Part shown: one piece after another, positions 18,954 through 28,278 of the stretch
How the letters are laid out: every line of letters begins with the position of its first letter
Numbering within the stretch: the first letter of the stretch is position 1
Virus record (IMG/VR): IMGVR_UViG_3300029288_000057
Coordinates: 128,001-192,000 of that record
Length of the DNA: 64,000 bases
From: a virus
Taxonomy: Duplodnaviria; Caudoviricetes
Reading direction: 5' to 3' (one strand)
Translations under genes and position numbers: made by a program
The notes under the pieces: model-generated
The model's input: only the letters and a program-made list of their open reading frames with translations
Database searches by the model: none
What the model was told of the DNA's origin: nothing

Positions 18954-19403
18954 AAATTCTGGATTATTCCAAAGAATTTTATTTGCTTTTTCCTGAAGCT
19001 TAAACAACTCTGTTGAATTGTTGTTTCTTGTATCCACGTTAATCTCTTTGTGAATTGTTTTTAAAGAAAACATAAGTACACCTCTTTTTATTTCAAAGCA
19101 TTTTTCTTTTCCAAAACTTCCCTCATAAACACTTCCGTTTTTATTTTTATCGACCCAAACAATTAAGTTGTTTTTTATACGTGGTTCTAACAATGCTTTT
19201 TGGAATAATTCTTTTGCTTTTGCCTTGTCTTGCTTAATCTTTTCTTTTTTAAGGTTCCATTGTTTGGTTGTTTCTTCATCCAGCTTTTTTCTTTCCTGGA
19301 GCCTTTTCTCTCGGTCTGTCATGTTATCCTTCGAGTGTTGACGTAGGGCATCCTCTTTGACGTCTTCTTTAATGATTTTTTTGTCGTCTTTTTGTGTTTC
19401 CAT
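18897..19403 (-). CDS. hypothetical protein
   Basis: 168-aa ORF directly after the Mre11-Rad50 fusion. Confidence 0.6.
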   Translation of the reverse strand: METQKDDKKIIKEDVKEDALRQHSKDNMTDREKRLQERKKLDEETTKQWNLKKEKIKQDKAKAKELFQKALLEPRIKNNLIVWVDKNKNGSVYEGSFGKEKCFEIKRGVLMFSLKTIHKEINVDTRNNNSTELFKLQEKANKILWNNPEFLLKFKPVPEKLVPGLSKI

Positions 19404-19404
19404 T

Positions 19405-22400
19405 TTATGATATGTTTATTTGTGTTATGCCTACATGCTCGGTTACATCCAGAACTTCTTGTGGAATTCCCTCATACGTACTGTAAACTTCTATAATATT
19501 GTTTACACTATCTTTTATCTCATTCCTATGTGTAATTACAAGAACATTCTTATATTTATTCTTTAAATATTGTAATACGGTTATAATACCAGAAATTAAA
19601 TCATCATCCAAGGTACCAAACCCTTCATCAATAATATTTAAGGAAGGTTTGATTAAACTGCTCATATAATGAAGAGCATCTTTGATGACGACGCTGGAAA
19701 TGAATTTCTGAGCCCCAGAGGCAGACGATAATGGCAGCGAATACTTTTTGTTGTTTCCGTAATAAAACTCTTCTATAACGTCTCCCTTTGCGTTTACGCT
19801 CATTTCTATCTTGAAGTTTACAATCGTACTTAAGATGCTATTGATTTTATTATTAATGATTGGCAGCTTCTTTCTGATTATTTTTGCTGGTATCCCATCT
19901 CTATGAACTGCTTGGAGATATAATGAATATTTTTTATATATCTTTTCTGCAGCTTTTACCTCATCAAGTTTGTTGTTATAATTTTCAAGATTGTTTTTTT
20001 CGACTCGAATGTCTCCGTTTTTATTGGTTATTTGCTGGGAAAGTCCATAAATAGAAAATTTATATGCCTTACTTTTTTCTTCTAGTTGAGATATTTCTAC
20101 TTCAATTGAAGAGTTGTGTGTCAAGCACATTGCAATTTCTTTTATTTTATTTAGGTTGGTGTTTAAATTTTCCAAAAACCTAACGTTTCCGTCAATATTA
20201 GATTTGGCTGAGTTCATTAAAGAGATTTTTTCATCAACAAGTTTGTTAGATGAAATAATGGCTTGCGACTGCAACAACAAATTAAGTCGTTCTATTGTTT
20301 TAACGTTATAATCTATTGCGTTTTTTGTTTGTTGCAGTTGTTGGTTTTTTGACTCAACCTCTTCATTGTGTTTAATAATATCTTGTGATTGTGATATTAA
20401 TTTGATTTTTTGAACTAACGCTTCTTTTTTTGCTTTTCCCGATGTTAGAGTAAGACGAAGCGTTTGTAAATTAGTGCTGTAAATTTCACAGTCATGATTA
20501 TGCTTTGTGTCTGTGTAGTATTGATTAATAGAACTATTATAAGTGTTAACAAGTTGAGTTTTTATTGTAATTTCATTTACACACTGGTTATACAACTCTA
20601 CGTTCGGCTCAGCTGTAACGTGGCCACAAGTGGGACATGTCTCCCCCCTGTGTGTTGGTAATTTGGAATTTAAATTCGCTATGTCAAAATTTAAATTCTG
20701 AATCTCCAAATCAAGCCCTTCTATACTATAAATCTGCCTAATTGGATTTTCTTTAATCCACTTCTCTGTTTCAACATATTTTGCCTTGTTTTTATCAAAC
20801 AGTCGACTTTCTTCTACAAGTTGTTGGTTTAACGACTCAACCGTTTCGCCTTCGTTAAAAGGAAGTTCTTTTTTAAAATTAGTAGAAACCCAATTAAACA
20901 ATTCACTATAATTTCGATTGTTAATTTCTAATTGAGCTTGGATATTTGATATGTTTGCAGATGCATTTTCTACTATGGACAACTCTGGTCCTAATTTCTC
21001 AAGCAAATCATTTTCATCAAATGGTAGTTCTTTTTTTAGATTTGATGATGTCCATAATAGCAACTCTTGATATATTTTTTCATTCTCTTCTATGAGTTTT
21101 TTTGACTCATCTATTCTAACCAAAACAAATTCTTCATTTGTTATTTCACAACTTGTAAGTGGAGTGAATTGTTTGAGAGTTTTGGTCAATTCAATTATTT
21201 TAGCGTCAACTGCTTCTTTTTTCTTTTCAGACTCATCTTTTTCCTTAACAAAAGAATCATATTCTCCTTGCAGTATGGAAATTTTATTTTCTATTTCCAA
21301 TACACTTTGCTGGATTGATGCTGTGTCTCCAAGTTCTTTTTGTTTTTTCTTTACATCATTAAATTTTTTGTTTCCATATTCGTATCTATCTCTAAAAGAT
21401 TCAAGGCCTATGTATTTGTTCACTAAATCATTTTTAGGCTGTTGTTCTTGATTTATATAATCATCCTTTCCTCCTTGAGCTTGCAGACAAACCTTTGTAA
21501 AGTCATCAACTGTACCAATTGCTTTTAAAACAATGTTCTTAACTTCTTTTTTGTCATTGGCTTTTTTGTCTGATATTTCACTTACCCATTTTTGTTTTCC
21601 GTCATCGTCAATGATTAATTTTTTGTATTCTATCGGGTATGTGTTAGATGATTCTCCGTGTTTATCAACTTTTGTAATTACCTCTCTTTTTATATAATAT
21701 TTTTCTGCCTCTATTGTAAGATTAATTTTTACATATGCCTTGTTGGATGATGTATAAATGTTCACAACTTTTTTGGCACTTCCACCACCAAGAATGTGCT
21801 GATATAGTCCCCACACGATTGCCTTTACAACATTTGACTTCCCAGAATAATTTTTACCAAATATTCCCGTGGCGCCCCTTAACTTTTCCAGGTTGATGAC
21901 AATTGGTTTTTCGGGGAATGAAAAAATGTTAGAAATTTCTACACAATCGACATCCCAAAGTTTTACATCTTCAACCTTTTCTGAAATTTCAAGTTCTTTA
22001 TCTATGAATTTTGCCAACTCCAAAACTTCTTTAACCACATCTTCTTCTTCGTCTGGATTGATTTCTTTTAGATAATCAGTCAATTGCTGCAGAAAAGTTT
22101 CCTTGTTTAAAGAGTCTGCTACTTCTGTATTGTCTTGCTGTATCTTTTTTATATCAGAGAATTCAACCTTTACAACATCACACCCATATTTTTGTTTTAC
22201 AAGTTTGGCTATTTGATTTTCCTTTTCTGTTGAGTAGTTTTCTTCATAGTCCTCCCAAATGATATAGACTTTTGTTTGCTTTTTGTTATTGCTGAATTGT
22301 ATGTTTTCAATCCTTTCCTCAATAAGCTCACCCTTGGCAATCGTTATCTTGGCAAACCCATAATCGTTAAGGATGTATCTCCTCTGGAATGAATTTGTTT

Positions 22401-23157
22401 CCAAATCCCACATAAGATAACCCTTATCTATTGATTCACCGTAATCCTGCTGTATCAACGAACCTGCATATGCCATACTTTCATCATCTCTAAAAGATTG
22501 ATGTTCATGAATGTCTCCCATTAATACAGCATCAAAATTATTAAATGTAGTAACATTTAATAAATCATCTCCCACCAACTCATAACCATTATCTCCCCTT
22601 GCCCCCTTCAGCTGTCCATGATACAAGGCTATATATTTGACACCAGCATCTTTTTGAGTTAATGTGAGAATTTTGTTGTCCTTACAAGAATAAATTCCAT
22701 AAACCAACTCATCAGATATTTTATAAAAATTGCTATCTGGGAAAAAGTAAATTCCTTTTTTTGAAAAATCTATTGTGTTGACATTTTCCTTGTTGATGAT
22801 GAAGGCTCTTTTAATGCTTTTTTTGCCCGTTTCTGCGGCAAGGTCAGAGAATCTATCTGCCACCTTAAAAATCGGCGTTATAGTGTCTCCCTGTTCTTTT
22901 TGTTGTAAATTTAAGTCATGGTTCCCCAGCATAATGTCAACGGGGGCTATTTTTGCTAAATTTATTAAAAATTCAGAGGTCAAATCCAAAGACCCTGGAG
23001 ACATATTTACTTTTAAGTGATTTAAATCCCCAGTGATTACTATTCTATCTGGTTTTTGTTTTTTCAAATCATCATACAGACGTTTAAAAACTTCTCTATA
23101 TTCGTCATGTCTGCTTGCAAATTTAATGTGGATATCTGATAGATGGGCTATTTTCAT
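19405..23157 (-). CDS. Mre11-Rad50 (SbcD-SbcC) fusion nuclease/ATPase
   Basis: Phosphoesterase motifs HLSDIH, TGDL, GNHD, YHG, GDIHEHQ; then Walker A GKNYSGKS, Q-loop, coiled coil with CPTC hook, signature ASGAQ, Walker B IIDEGFGTLD, ITH. Confidence 0.92.
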   Translation of the reverse strand: MKIAHLSDIHIKFASRHDEYREVFKRLYDDLKKQKPDRIVITGDLNHLKVNMSPGSLDLTSEFLINLAKIAPVDIMLGNHDLNLQQKEQGDTITPIFKVADRFSDLAAETGKKSIKRAFIINKENVNTIDFSKKGIYFFPDSNFYKISDELVYGIYSCKDNKILTLTQKDAGVKYIALYHGQLKGARGDNGYELVGDDLLNVTTFNNFDAVLMGDIHEHQSFRDDESMAYAGSLIQQDYGESIDKGYLMWDLETNSFQRRYILNDYGFAKITIAKGELIEERIENIQFSNNKKQTKVYIIWEDYEENYSTEKENQIAKLVKQKYGCDVVKVEFSDIKKIQQDNTEVADSLNKETFLQQLTDYLKEINPDEEEDVVKEVLELAKFIDKELEISEKVEDVKLWDVDCVEISNIFSFPEKPIVINLEKLRGATGIFGKNYSGKSNVVKAIVWGLYQHILGGGSAKKVVNIYTSSNKAYVKINLTIEAEKYYIKREVITKVDKHGESSNTYPIEYKKLIIDDDGKQKWVSEISDKKANDKKEVKNIVLKAIGTVDDFTKVCLQAQGGKDDYINQEQQPKNDLVNKYIGLESFRDRYEYGNKKFNDVKKKQKELGDTASIQQSVLEIENKISILQGEYDSFVKEKDESEKKKEAVDAKIIELTKTLKQFTPLTSCEITNEEFVLVRIDESKKLIEENEKIYQELLLWTSSNLKKELPFDENDLLEKLGPELSIVENASANISNIQAQLEINNRNYSELFNWVSTNFKKELPFNEGETVESLNQQLVEESRLFDKNKAKYVETEKWIKENPIRQIYSIEGLDLEIQNLNFDIANLNSKLPTHRGETCPTCGHVTAEPNVELYNQCVNEITIKTQLVNTYNSSINQYYTDTKHNHDCEIYSTNLQTLRLTLTSGKAKKEALVQKIKLISQSQDIIKHNEEVESKNQQLQQTKNAIDYNVKTIERLNLLLQSQAIISSNKLVDEKISLMNSAKSNIDGNVRFLENLNTNLNKIKEIAMCLTHNSSIEVEISQLEEKSKAYKFSIYGLSQQITNKNGDIRVEKNNLENYNNKLDEVKAAEKIYKKYSLYLQAVHRDGIPAKIIRKKLPIINNKINSILSTIVNFKIEMSVNAKGDVIEEFYYGNNKKYSLPLSSASGAQKFISSVVIKDALHYMSSLIKPSLNIIDEGFGTLDDDLISGIITVLQYLKNKYKNVLVITHRNEIKDSVNNIIEVYSTYEGIPQEVLDVTEHVGITQINIS

Positions 23158-23164
23158 ATATTTC

Positions 23165-23632
23165 TTATTTCCTACGTTTTGAATCTTTAAAGCTTAGTTT
23201 CATATCATTTTCAGTAATAATAAATTTCGGGTTTTTATTGTCCTTTAAATTTATTGAATACTTTCTTTTGTCTAAAAAAGTTGATTTTGTTTTTGTCTTT
23301 CCCGCCCATTCAACTTTCATTTTTAACCTGGGTCCTTTGGGGGATTTTATTCTATGGATTTGAACGTCACCCTCCATCTCTCCAAACCATATTTCACACC
23401 AATGATGATTTATACTCTTCCTGTACTCAACCTTTTCTTTCTCATTAAGCTTATTAAAATCTTCATCAAAAAACAAATTGGATATTCCAAATACTTCGCA
23501 ATTTCCACCAACGGTAGCCGTTATTAAATCCTCGTTGTATTGACCACCAGAACGTCCACATTCACAAATTCTCCACCGTGTGTGAATTAATCTTACAACG
23601 TCATTGCAATGTTTACATCTAATTAGTTTCAT
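23165..23632 (-). CDS. Zn-binding conserved phage protein
   Basis: CKHCNDVV...CECG. Confidence 0.6.
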   Translation of the reverse strand: MKLIRCKHCNDVVRLIHTRWRICECGRSGGQYNEDLITATVGGNCEVFGISNLFFDEDFNKLNEKEKVEYRKSINHHWCEIWFGEMEGDVQIHRIKSPKGPRLKMKVEWAGKTKTKSTFLDKRKYSINLKDNKNPKFIITENDMKLSFKDSKRRK

Positions 23633-23814
23633 TTCACTTTTTTATAAAAACCTACTTTATACTTTTTTTGACAATCTAAACAATAATTATCTCCATTAAT
23701 TATACACCAACAATCTATTGCGCATGCAAGTTGTGTCTCTTTTAAACATTTGTCACATTTTATATAATCAATTACAATAGTTGTAGTTATTTTTTTTTTA
23801 TATATATTGCTCAT
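23629..23814 (-). CDS. small Zn-finger protein
   Basis: CDKC...CLDC, ATGA-coupled on both sides. Confidence 0.55.
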   Translation of the reverse strand: MSNIYKKKITTTIVIDYIKCDKCLKETQLACAIDCWCIINGDNYCLDCQKKYKVGFYKKVK

Positions 23815-24809
23815 GTTAATATTCTTGACATTTTATAAATAAAATCTATTTTTTTTCTTTTCTTTAAAAGCTCTGTTATTGCTTGTGAACCATTTTGCTC
23901 ATAATAGTGAGAAATATCCCCCAAACCTTTTAAATCTACGAAATAAACATCCAATTCTAAAGAAGAAAGTTGCTCATATATTTCATAACTATCTTTAAAC
24001 GCATCTTCATCCAGGCAAATGATAACAGTTGCATTGTGCTCAATGAGTTTAGAAATCAACAACCATGATGGGGTTTTTCCAAGCATGGGGATTGAATTCG
24101 GTATTCTAAACATATCAAAGACGCCTTCAACTAAGTAGATTGGCAAGTCCCAGTTTATGTTTTTTTCATTAAAAATTATATCATATTTTTCTGGAACATT
24201 TTTATCTGGAAATGCCTTTTGGTCTGGTTTATAATATGGGGGCTTTACTTTTTTTAAGAAAGCTCTGGCCTCAAAATAATTAATGCTACTATGTTCATTG
24301 AAGGATGGGATTATTATTCTGTTCCGATAAGCCCCCACCTCTGTATATCCTATTTTATGTTCTATAAGTTGATTTGATGATAGTTTTCTTTCTTTCGTGA
24401 CATAATCATACGCCAATTTGTGCATTGGGGTTTTTATGGACGATGTAATCGGTACATATCCGTCTGGAAGAGGACATGTTATAAGATTGTGATTTACTGT
24501 GTTTCTGCGGAAAACATTGATGAAATTGCCAGTATACGTTGGCATTATAAGCTTCAGTCTTTTATTATCTTCTGATGAACCATATTTATAAACCAACTTG
24601 TGAATAATACCGCTATCTTTACACTTCCAACATTTGTATATATTTTCCTCAGAATTAAAAGCTAGATTAAATTTATTCACATCATTCTTACAGTCATGGC
24701 TTGGACAGTTGAATTCCCACTGTTTCCTTGACTCCAAATCGCTTGAAGTCTTTGGTTCGCCAAGGAAATTTTTAAGAATAGATAATATTATAAATTTTTC
24801 ATCTTCCAT
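23811..24809 (-). CDS. DNA primase (DnaG-like)
   Basis: CPSHDC...CWKC Zn domain; RIIIP, ARAF, LVEGVFD, CLDEDA TOPRIM; start MEDEKF. Confidence 0.88.
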   Translation of the reverse strand: MEDEKFIILSILKNFLGEPKTSSDLESRKQWEFNCPSHDCKNDVNKFNLAFNSEENIYKCWKCKDSGIIHKLVYKYGSSEDNKRLKLIMPTYTGNFINVFRRNTVNHNLITCPLPDGYVPITSSIKTPMHKLAYDYVTKERKLSSNQLIEHKIGYTEVGAYRNRIIIPSFNEHSSINYFEARAFLKKVKPPYYKPDQKAFPDKNVPEKYDIIFNEKNINWDLPIYLVEGVFDMFRIPNSIPMLGKTPSWLLISKLIEHNATVIICLDEDAFKDSYEIYEQLSSLELDVYFVDLKGLGDISHYYEQNGSQAITELLKKRKKIDFIYKMSRILT

Positions 24810-24814
24810 ATGTG

Positions 24815-24845
24815 CAAATATAACATTAATTAGGGATATATCAAA
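24815..24845 (-). promoter_or_regulatory. Bacteroidota sigmaA-type promoter
   Basis: TTTG (24842-24845), 19 nt, TATATTTG (24815-24822); 5 nt to ATG. Confidence 0.65.
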
Positions 24846-24861
24846 GAAAATGTGTAAAAAC

Positions 24862-24893
24862 AAAAAACTCCCAAAATATATCTGGGAGTTTTT
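24862..24893. terminator. intrinsic terminator
   Basis: aaaaactccca...tgggagttttt. Confidence 0.7.
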
Positions 24894-24914
24894 CAAATTA
24901 GTCGTGTGATTTCC

Positions 24915-25121
24915 TTATTTTTTTACAACAGGAGTTTTGACATCTTTCACTTCTTTCACCTTTGGGCAAGTAGTATCCATTTTACATGTATCTACTTTTG
25001 CTGTACTGTCAGCACAAACCGTTGTTGAATCTGTTTTAGCGTCTTTTTTTGTTTCTCCTGAATTACAAGAAACCAATGCAATTGCTGCGATTGCGAACAA
25101 TAATGTAATCAATTTTTTCAT
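24915..25121 (-). CDS. small lipoprotein
   Basis: MKK + hydrophobic core + LVS-C lipobox; DST, DST, DTT motifs. Confidence 0.8.
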   Translation of the reverse strand: MKKLITLLFAIAAIALVSCNSGETKKDAKTDSTTVCADSTAKVDTCKMDTTCPKVKEVKDVKTPVVKK

Positions 25122-25191
25122 TTTGTGTATAATTTTTTTAAGTTAAGTTGACCATAAATATAATAAAAAAAAACAAATAAACAAAAATAAA

Positions 25192-25734
25192 TTAAGAAAT
25201 TTTATTTTTTTGTATTTCCATCATTTTAATGAAACACCTGCCAACTATGTATGAATCAGCCATATCGTAATTTTCCACCAAAAGTTTCCTACTCTTTACT
25301 CCGTATTTCCAATTAATCTGAGGCTCCATTTCTACAACCTTTTCCCAAATTTGATGCTTCGTAGATGCTCCATCCTTTGTGATTTTCATTCCTGGAAGTA
25401 CCGTGGACCTTGCGTTGTTTACGTTATAGTAAATTGGCTCTATTTTAAAGTGCCCATATAAAAAAGAACTAACCATTCCATTGAAAAAATTCAAGACGGC
25501 AATTGTGTGGGCACTTGAATATTTTCCCTTAAATTTTTGTAAAGGTTCTTCTATGGCTATAGATGTGACTTCAAATTTTAACAAATGAGAAATTTTTTCT
25601 TTGAATTCTCCGAGCTTTTCAAACAAACTGTGCTTATCGTTAAAACTTACGTAATCCAACTCTATCAAAGTGTTTTTTTCATTAAACACCGAGTATCCTA
25701 TACAACTGCTGCTTATATCCAGGGACAATAACAT
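25192..25734 (-). CDS. RuvC-like Holliday junction resolvase
   Basis: LSLDIS..CIGYS, IAIEEP, DMADS. Confidence 0.85.
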   Translation of the reverse strand: MLLSLDISSSCIGYSVFNEKNTLIELDYVSFNDKHSLFEKLGEFKEKISHLLKFEVTSIAIEEPLQKFKGKYSSAHTIAVLNFFNGMVSSFLYGHFKIEPIYYNVNNARSTVLPGMKITKDGASTKHQIWEKVVEMEPQINWKYGVKSRKLLVENYDMADSYIVGRCFIKMMEIQKNKIS

Positions 25735-25796
25735 TTTTTTATTTTTAGTTTAACTGAAATATATAAAAATTAAAAACATAAATCAATAGATAAAAC

Positions 25797-25822
25797 AAAA
25801 GGGGGCTTTTAATCCCCCCTTT
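25797..25822. terminator. intrinsic terminator
   Basis: aaaaggggg...cccccctttt-type hairpin ending the tail operon. Confidence 0.65.
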
Positions 25823-25841
25823 AAACATTTCTTTTTAAAAA

Positions 25842-27017
25842 TTAAATATCAATTTCCAAATTAAAAGTTATAAGTCCATCGTATGTTTTTTCTACTGGTC
25901 TGTCTAATTTTGCCACCGCAATTAATTGTGCGTGGACGTTGTATAAACCAACTTGTGTAACAAAAATTGAGTCAAAATTTGTTGTGTGATTGGTAATTTC
26001 AGCCAAGTTCCTTGACAATGGCCATGATGGATTCTTAGATATAAAGAATTGTCCTGGCATAGCAATACAAACAACAGAAGTTAAATATCTTATGCTAATA
26101 TCATCATAAGTTAAAGTTGATGCTGGTGTTGTGCCTGTAAACACAATTCTTGATGTTCCGCTTGTTGCTCCTGCGTTTGACCCGTTTATAATATTTTCTC
26201 CAGCATTCGTGGCCCCATAACCACCTTCATAGATTGTACTTCCAGAAACCCATGGGATACTGTTGACAATTGACGGATGTGTTAAAATGATAAATCCTTT
26301 ATCCAAGCAGACAAATCCAACTGGTATATCATAATTATATCCAAGTGACACATCTAGGCTGGTTGCCTTTGGATATGCCTGATTTACTGATACGGCTAGA
26401 TTTACCGTAGACCAAGGTCTAAGGTCTGTGTTATAATCTACGGTTTTTATTTCTGGATATGCAACCGCAGAAGGCCTATCTCTAAAATCAACAGTTGGTT
26501 CCCATGTTGTAATGCTACTACGGTTTACATGTGCATATTCTGTGGTTCCACTGTATGGTTTGTTTACATCGTCAGAAAACAAAAATGCCACATTGTTAGG
26601 ACCAAAATATTGGATGGGGGAGTCTGATATTTTCGAAGTTCTTAATCTATCAGAATAAAAACTAGAAACTATTGTTTTCCCGCTATTTCCCCATTGAGGA
26701 ACGACAATTTTAATTGACCTTCCATCGATATATTCACTATAATCATTTTCACTAATTGAAATCACCACGATTCTGTTAACGTTCAGTTGAAATAATTGTG
26801 GATTGGCTTTTGTAATAGTATCTCCACTATAAAAAACTGTGTTTGATGCCTTATGGGGCATGTTAAACGATGAAAAATAGTGCGCATATTTAGAATTGGT
26901 GTCCGTTCTATCTGCTAAAGTATATGCTATTTCTGACCCCGATAAGCTTTTCCTCGTCGTAACTTCTTTTCTTATAGCGGTTGATGAGTTTACTTGTACT
27001 TTGTTAATTTCTGCCAT
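25842..27017 (-). CDS. tail/baseplate structural protein (tail-collar-like C-terminal motif)
   Basis: C-terminal VTQVGLYNVHAQLIAVAKLDRPVEK. Confidence 0.65.
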   Translation of the reverse strand: MAEINKVQVNSSTAIRKEVTTRKSLSGSEIAYTLADRTDTNSKYAHYFSSFNMPHKASNTVFYSGDTITKANPQLFQLNVNRIVVISISENDYSEYIDGRSIKIVVPQWGNSGKTIVSSFYSDRLRTSKISDSPIQYFGPNNVAFLFSDDVNKPYSGTTEYAHVNRSSITTWEPTVDFRDRPSAVAYPEIKTVDYNTDLRPWSTVNLAVSVNQAYPKATSLDVSLGYNYDIPVGFVCLDKGFIILTHPSIVNSIPWVSGSTIYEGGYGATNAGENIINGSNAGATSGTSRIVFTGTTPASTLTYDDISIRYLTSVVCIAMPGQFFISKNPSWPLSRNLAEITNHTTNFDSIFVTQVGLYNVHAQLIAVAKLDRPVEKTYDGLITFNLEIDI

Positions 27018-27065
27018 TATATTATATTTTTATTTATTATAAAAGTTTTTTCTATGTAGCCTTTA

Positions 27066-27791
27066 TTACGTTGTCTTTCCACCAATACCAGTTGGGCTTT
27101 CTCTACTTAACGAAGGTTGCGAAGGTGCCTGGCCTGGATAAAAGTTAAAATTAAATGAAAAAGTAGATGCTTTACTTACAGTTCCACTTACACTTCCCCA
27201 ATAACTAAAAGTATAATCAACTTTTTGAATTGCTTCGGTAGATGAAAAGGTTTTTGTCATATTTGTATTTGGCACTGCACTGGGAACTTTAGGGGTGTTG
27301 TTGTTTGGTAGTGTACTTGCATATGAAACAAAAGCATCAATAAATTCCTGTGGAACACCAGTAAGATAATCTTTATATCCTGTAAAATAAGTAGCATCAG
27401 CTTTACATGGCACACAATATACCATGTTATAATATTGTGGGCTTCCATCGTCTGGCGCATAAAATTTAAGTGCATATACGCTATTGGGAATTGGAAGGTA
27501 ATAAATTCCAGATTGTGGACCATCACACTCCTGCAAGCCAACAAAATTTGGTTTTATATAATATTTTTCAACAATTATATTGTTGTTATTTATAACCCCA
27601 CCATAAGTTATAAGTTTTATTTTCCCAGCAATTGTTGACTTGCTTGGATGCTGGTTCTCTACTTTAGATGTAGACGTTCTGTTCCCACTATCTATTTGAA
27701 TTTTGTCCAAAGTAGTTCCAAGTGTTGATGCTATTTTTTCTGCATTTACCTTGCCAAGTGCGTCCGTTGTTATTTTGGTTGTTGCTGCCAT
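27066..27791 (-). CDS. putative virion protein
   Basis: T/S/G-rich, inside the tail operon. Confidence 0.5.
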   Translation of the reverse strand: MAATTKITTDALGKVNAEKIASTLGTTLDKIQIDSGNRTSTSKVENQHPSKSTIAGKIKLITYGGVINNNNIIVEKYYIKPNFVGLQECDGPQSGIYYLPIPNSVYALKFYAPDDGSPQYYNMVYCVPCKADATYFTGYKDYLTGVPQEFIDAFVSYASTLPNNNTPKVPSAVPNTNMTKTFSSTEAIQKVDYTFSYWGSVSGTVSKASTFSFNFNFYPGQAPSQPSLSRESPTGIGGKTT

Positions 27792-27815
27792 GTTTTTATT
27801 TAATTAAATTAAAGT

Positions 27816-28244
27816 TTATTCAGTAGATGTAGGTATGGTAGTTAAATCTATTGTAGATATATCTTCTGCTGCGTCTGTTCCTAAAATAATAGGTGAATCT
27901 ATAACTATAGGACCCGAAGGTGTTAGCCCACCAATTCCATCAATTTGGCCATTGGCAGAAATTAGATTATCTTCTTCTTTTACTATTGTGCCTTTTATAC
28001 AGTCATCATTTTTTCCAGAAACATTTGAAATGTCTCCTGTTTGAAATGGGTAAGAAGAGCTTATATCGTAATTATAATCTGGGTCAGACATGGAGAAATA
28101 TACTATTTTAAAAGCATCTATTGTTCCTCCAAGCCCATCTGATGTAAACCTGTTATTTGTAATTGGGTCAAACAAATATTTTCTTCCTAAATCCGTTAAA
28201 TATGCCACTGCATAAATTGTATCTGATGATAAAACGTGTCCCAT
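27816..28244 (-). CDS. tail/baseplate protein (tail-collar-like N-terminal motif)
   Basis: AYLTDLGRKYL...FKIVYFSMSDPDYNY. Confidence 0.6.
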   Translation of the reverse strand: MGHVLSSDTIYAVAYLTDLGRKYLFDPITNNRFTSDGLGGTIDAFKIVYFSMSDPDYNYDISSSYPFQTGDISNVSGKNDDCIKGTIVKEEDNLISANGQIDGIGGLTPSGPIVIDSPIILGTDAAEDISTIDLTTIPTSTE

Positions 28245-28255
28245 AATTTTTTTTT

Positions 28256-28263
28256 TATAAATA
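28256..28263 (-). promoter_or_regulatory. late promoter motif TATTTATA
   Basis: 11 nt upstream of the ATG at 28244. Confidence 0.65.
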
Positions 28264-28278
28264 TATTAAAAATCTTTT

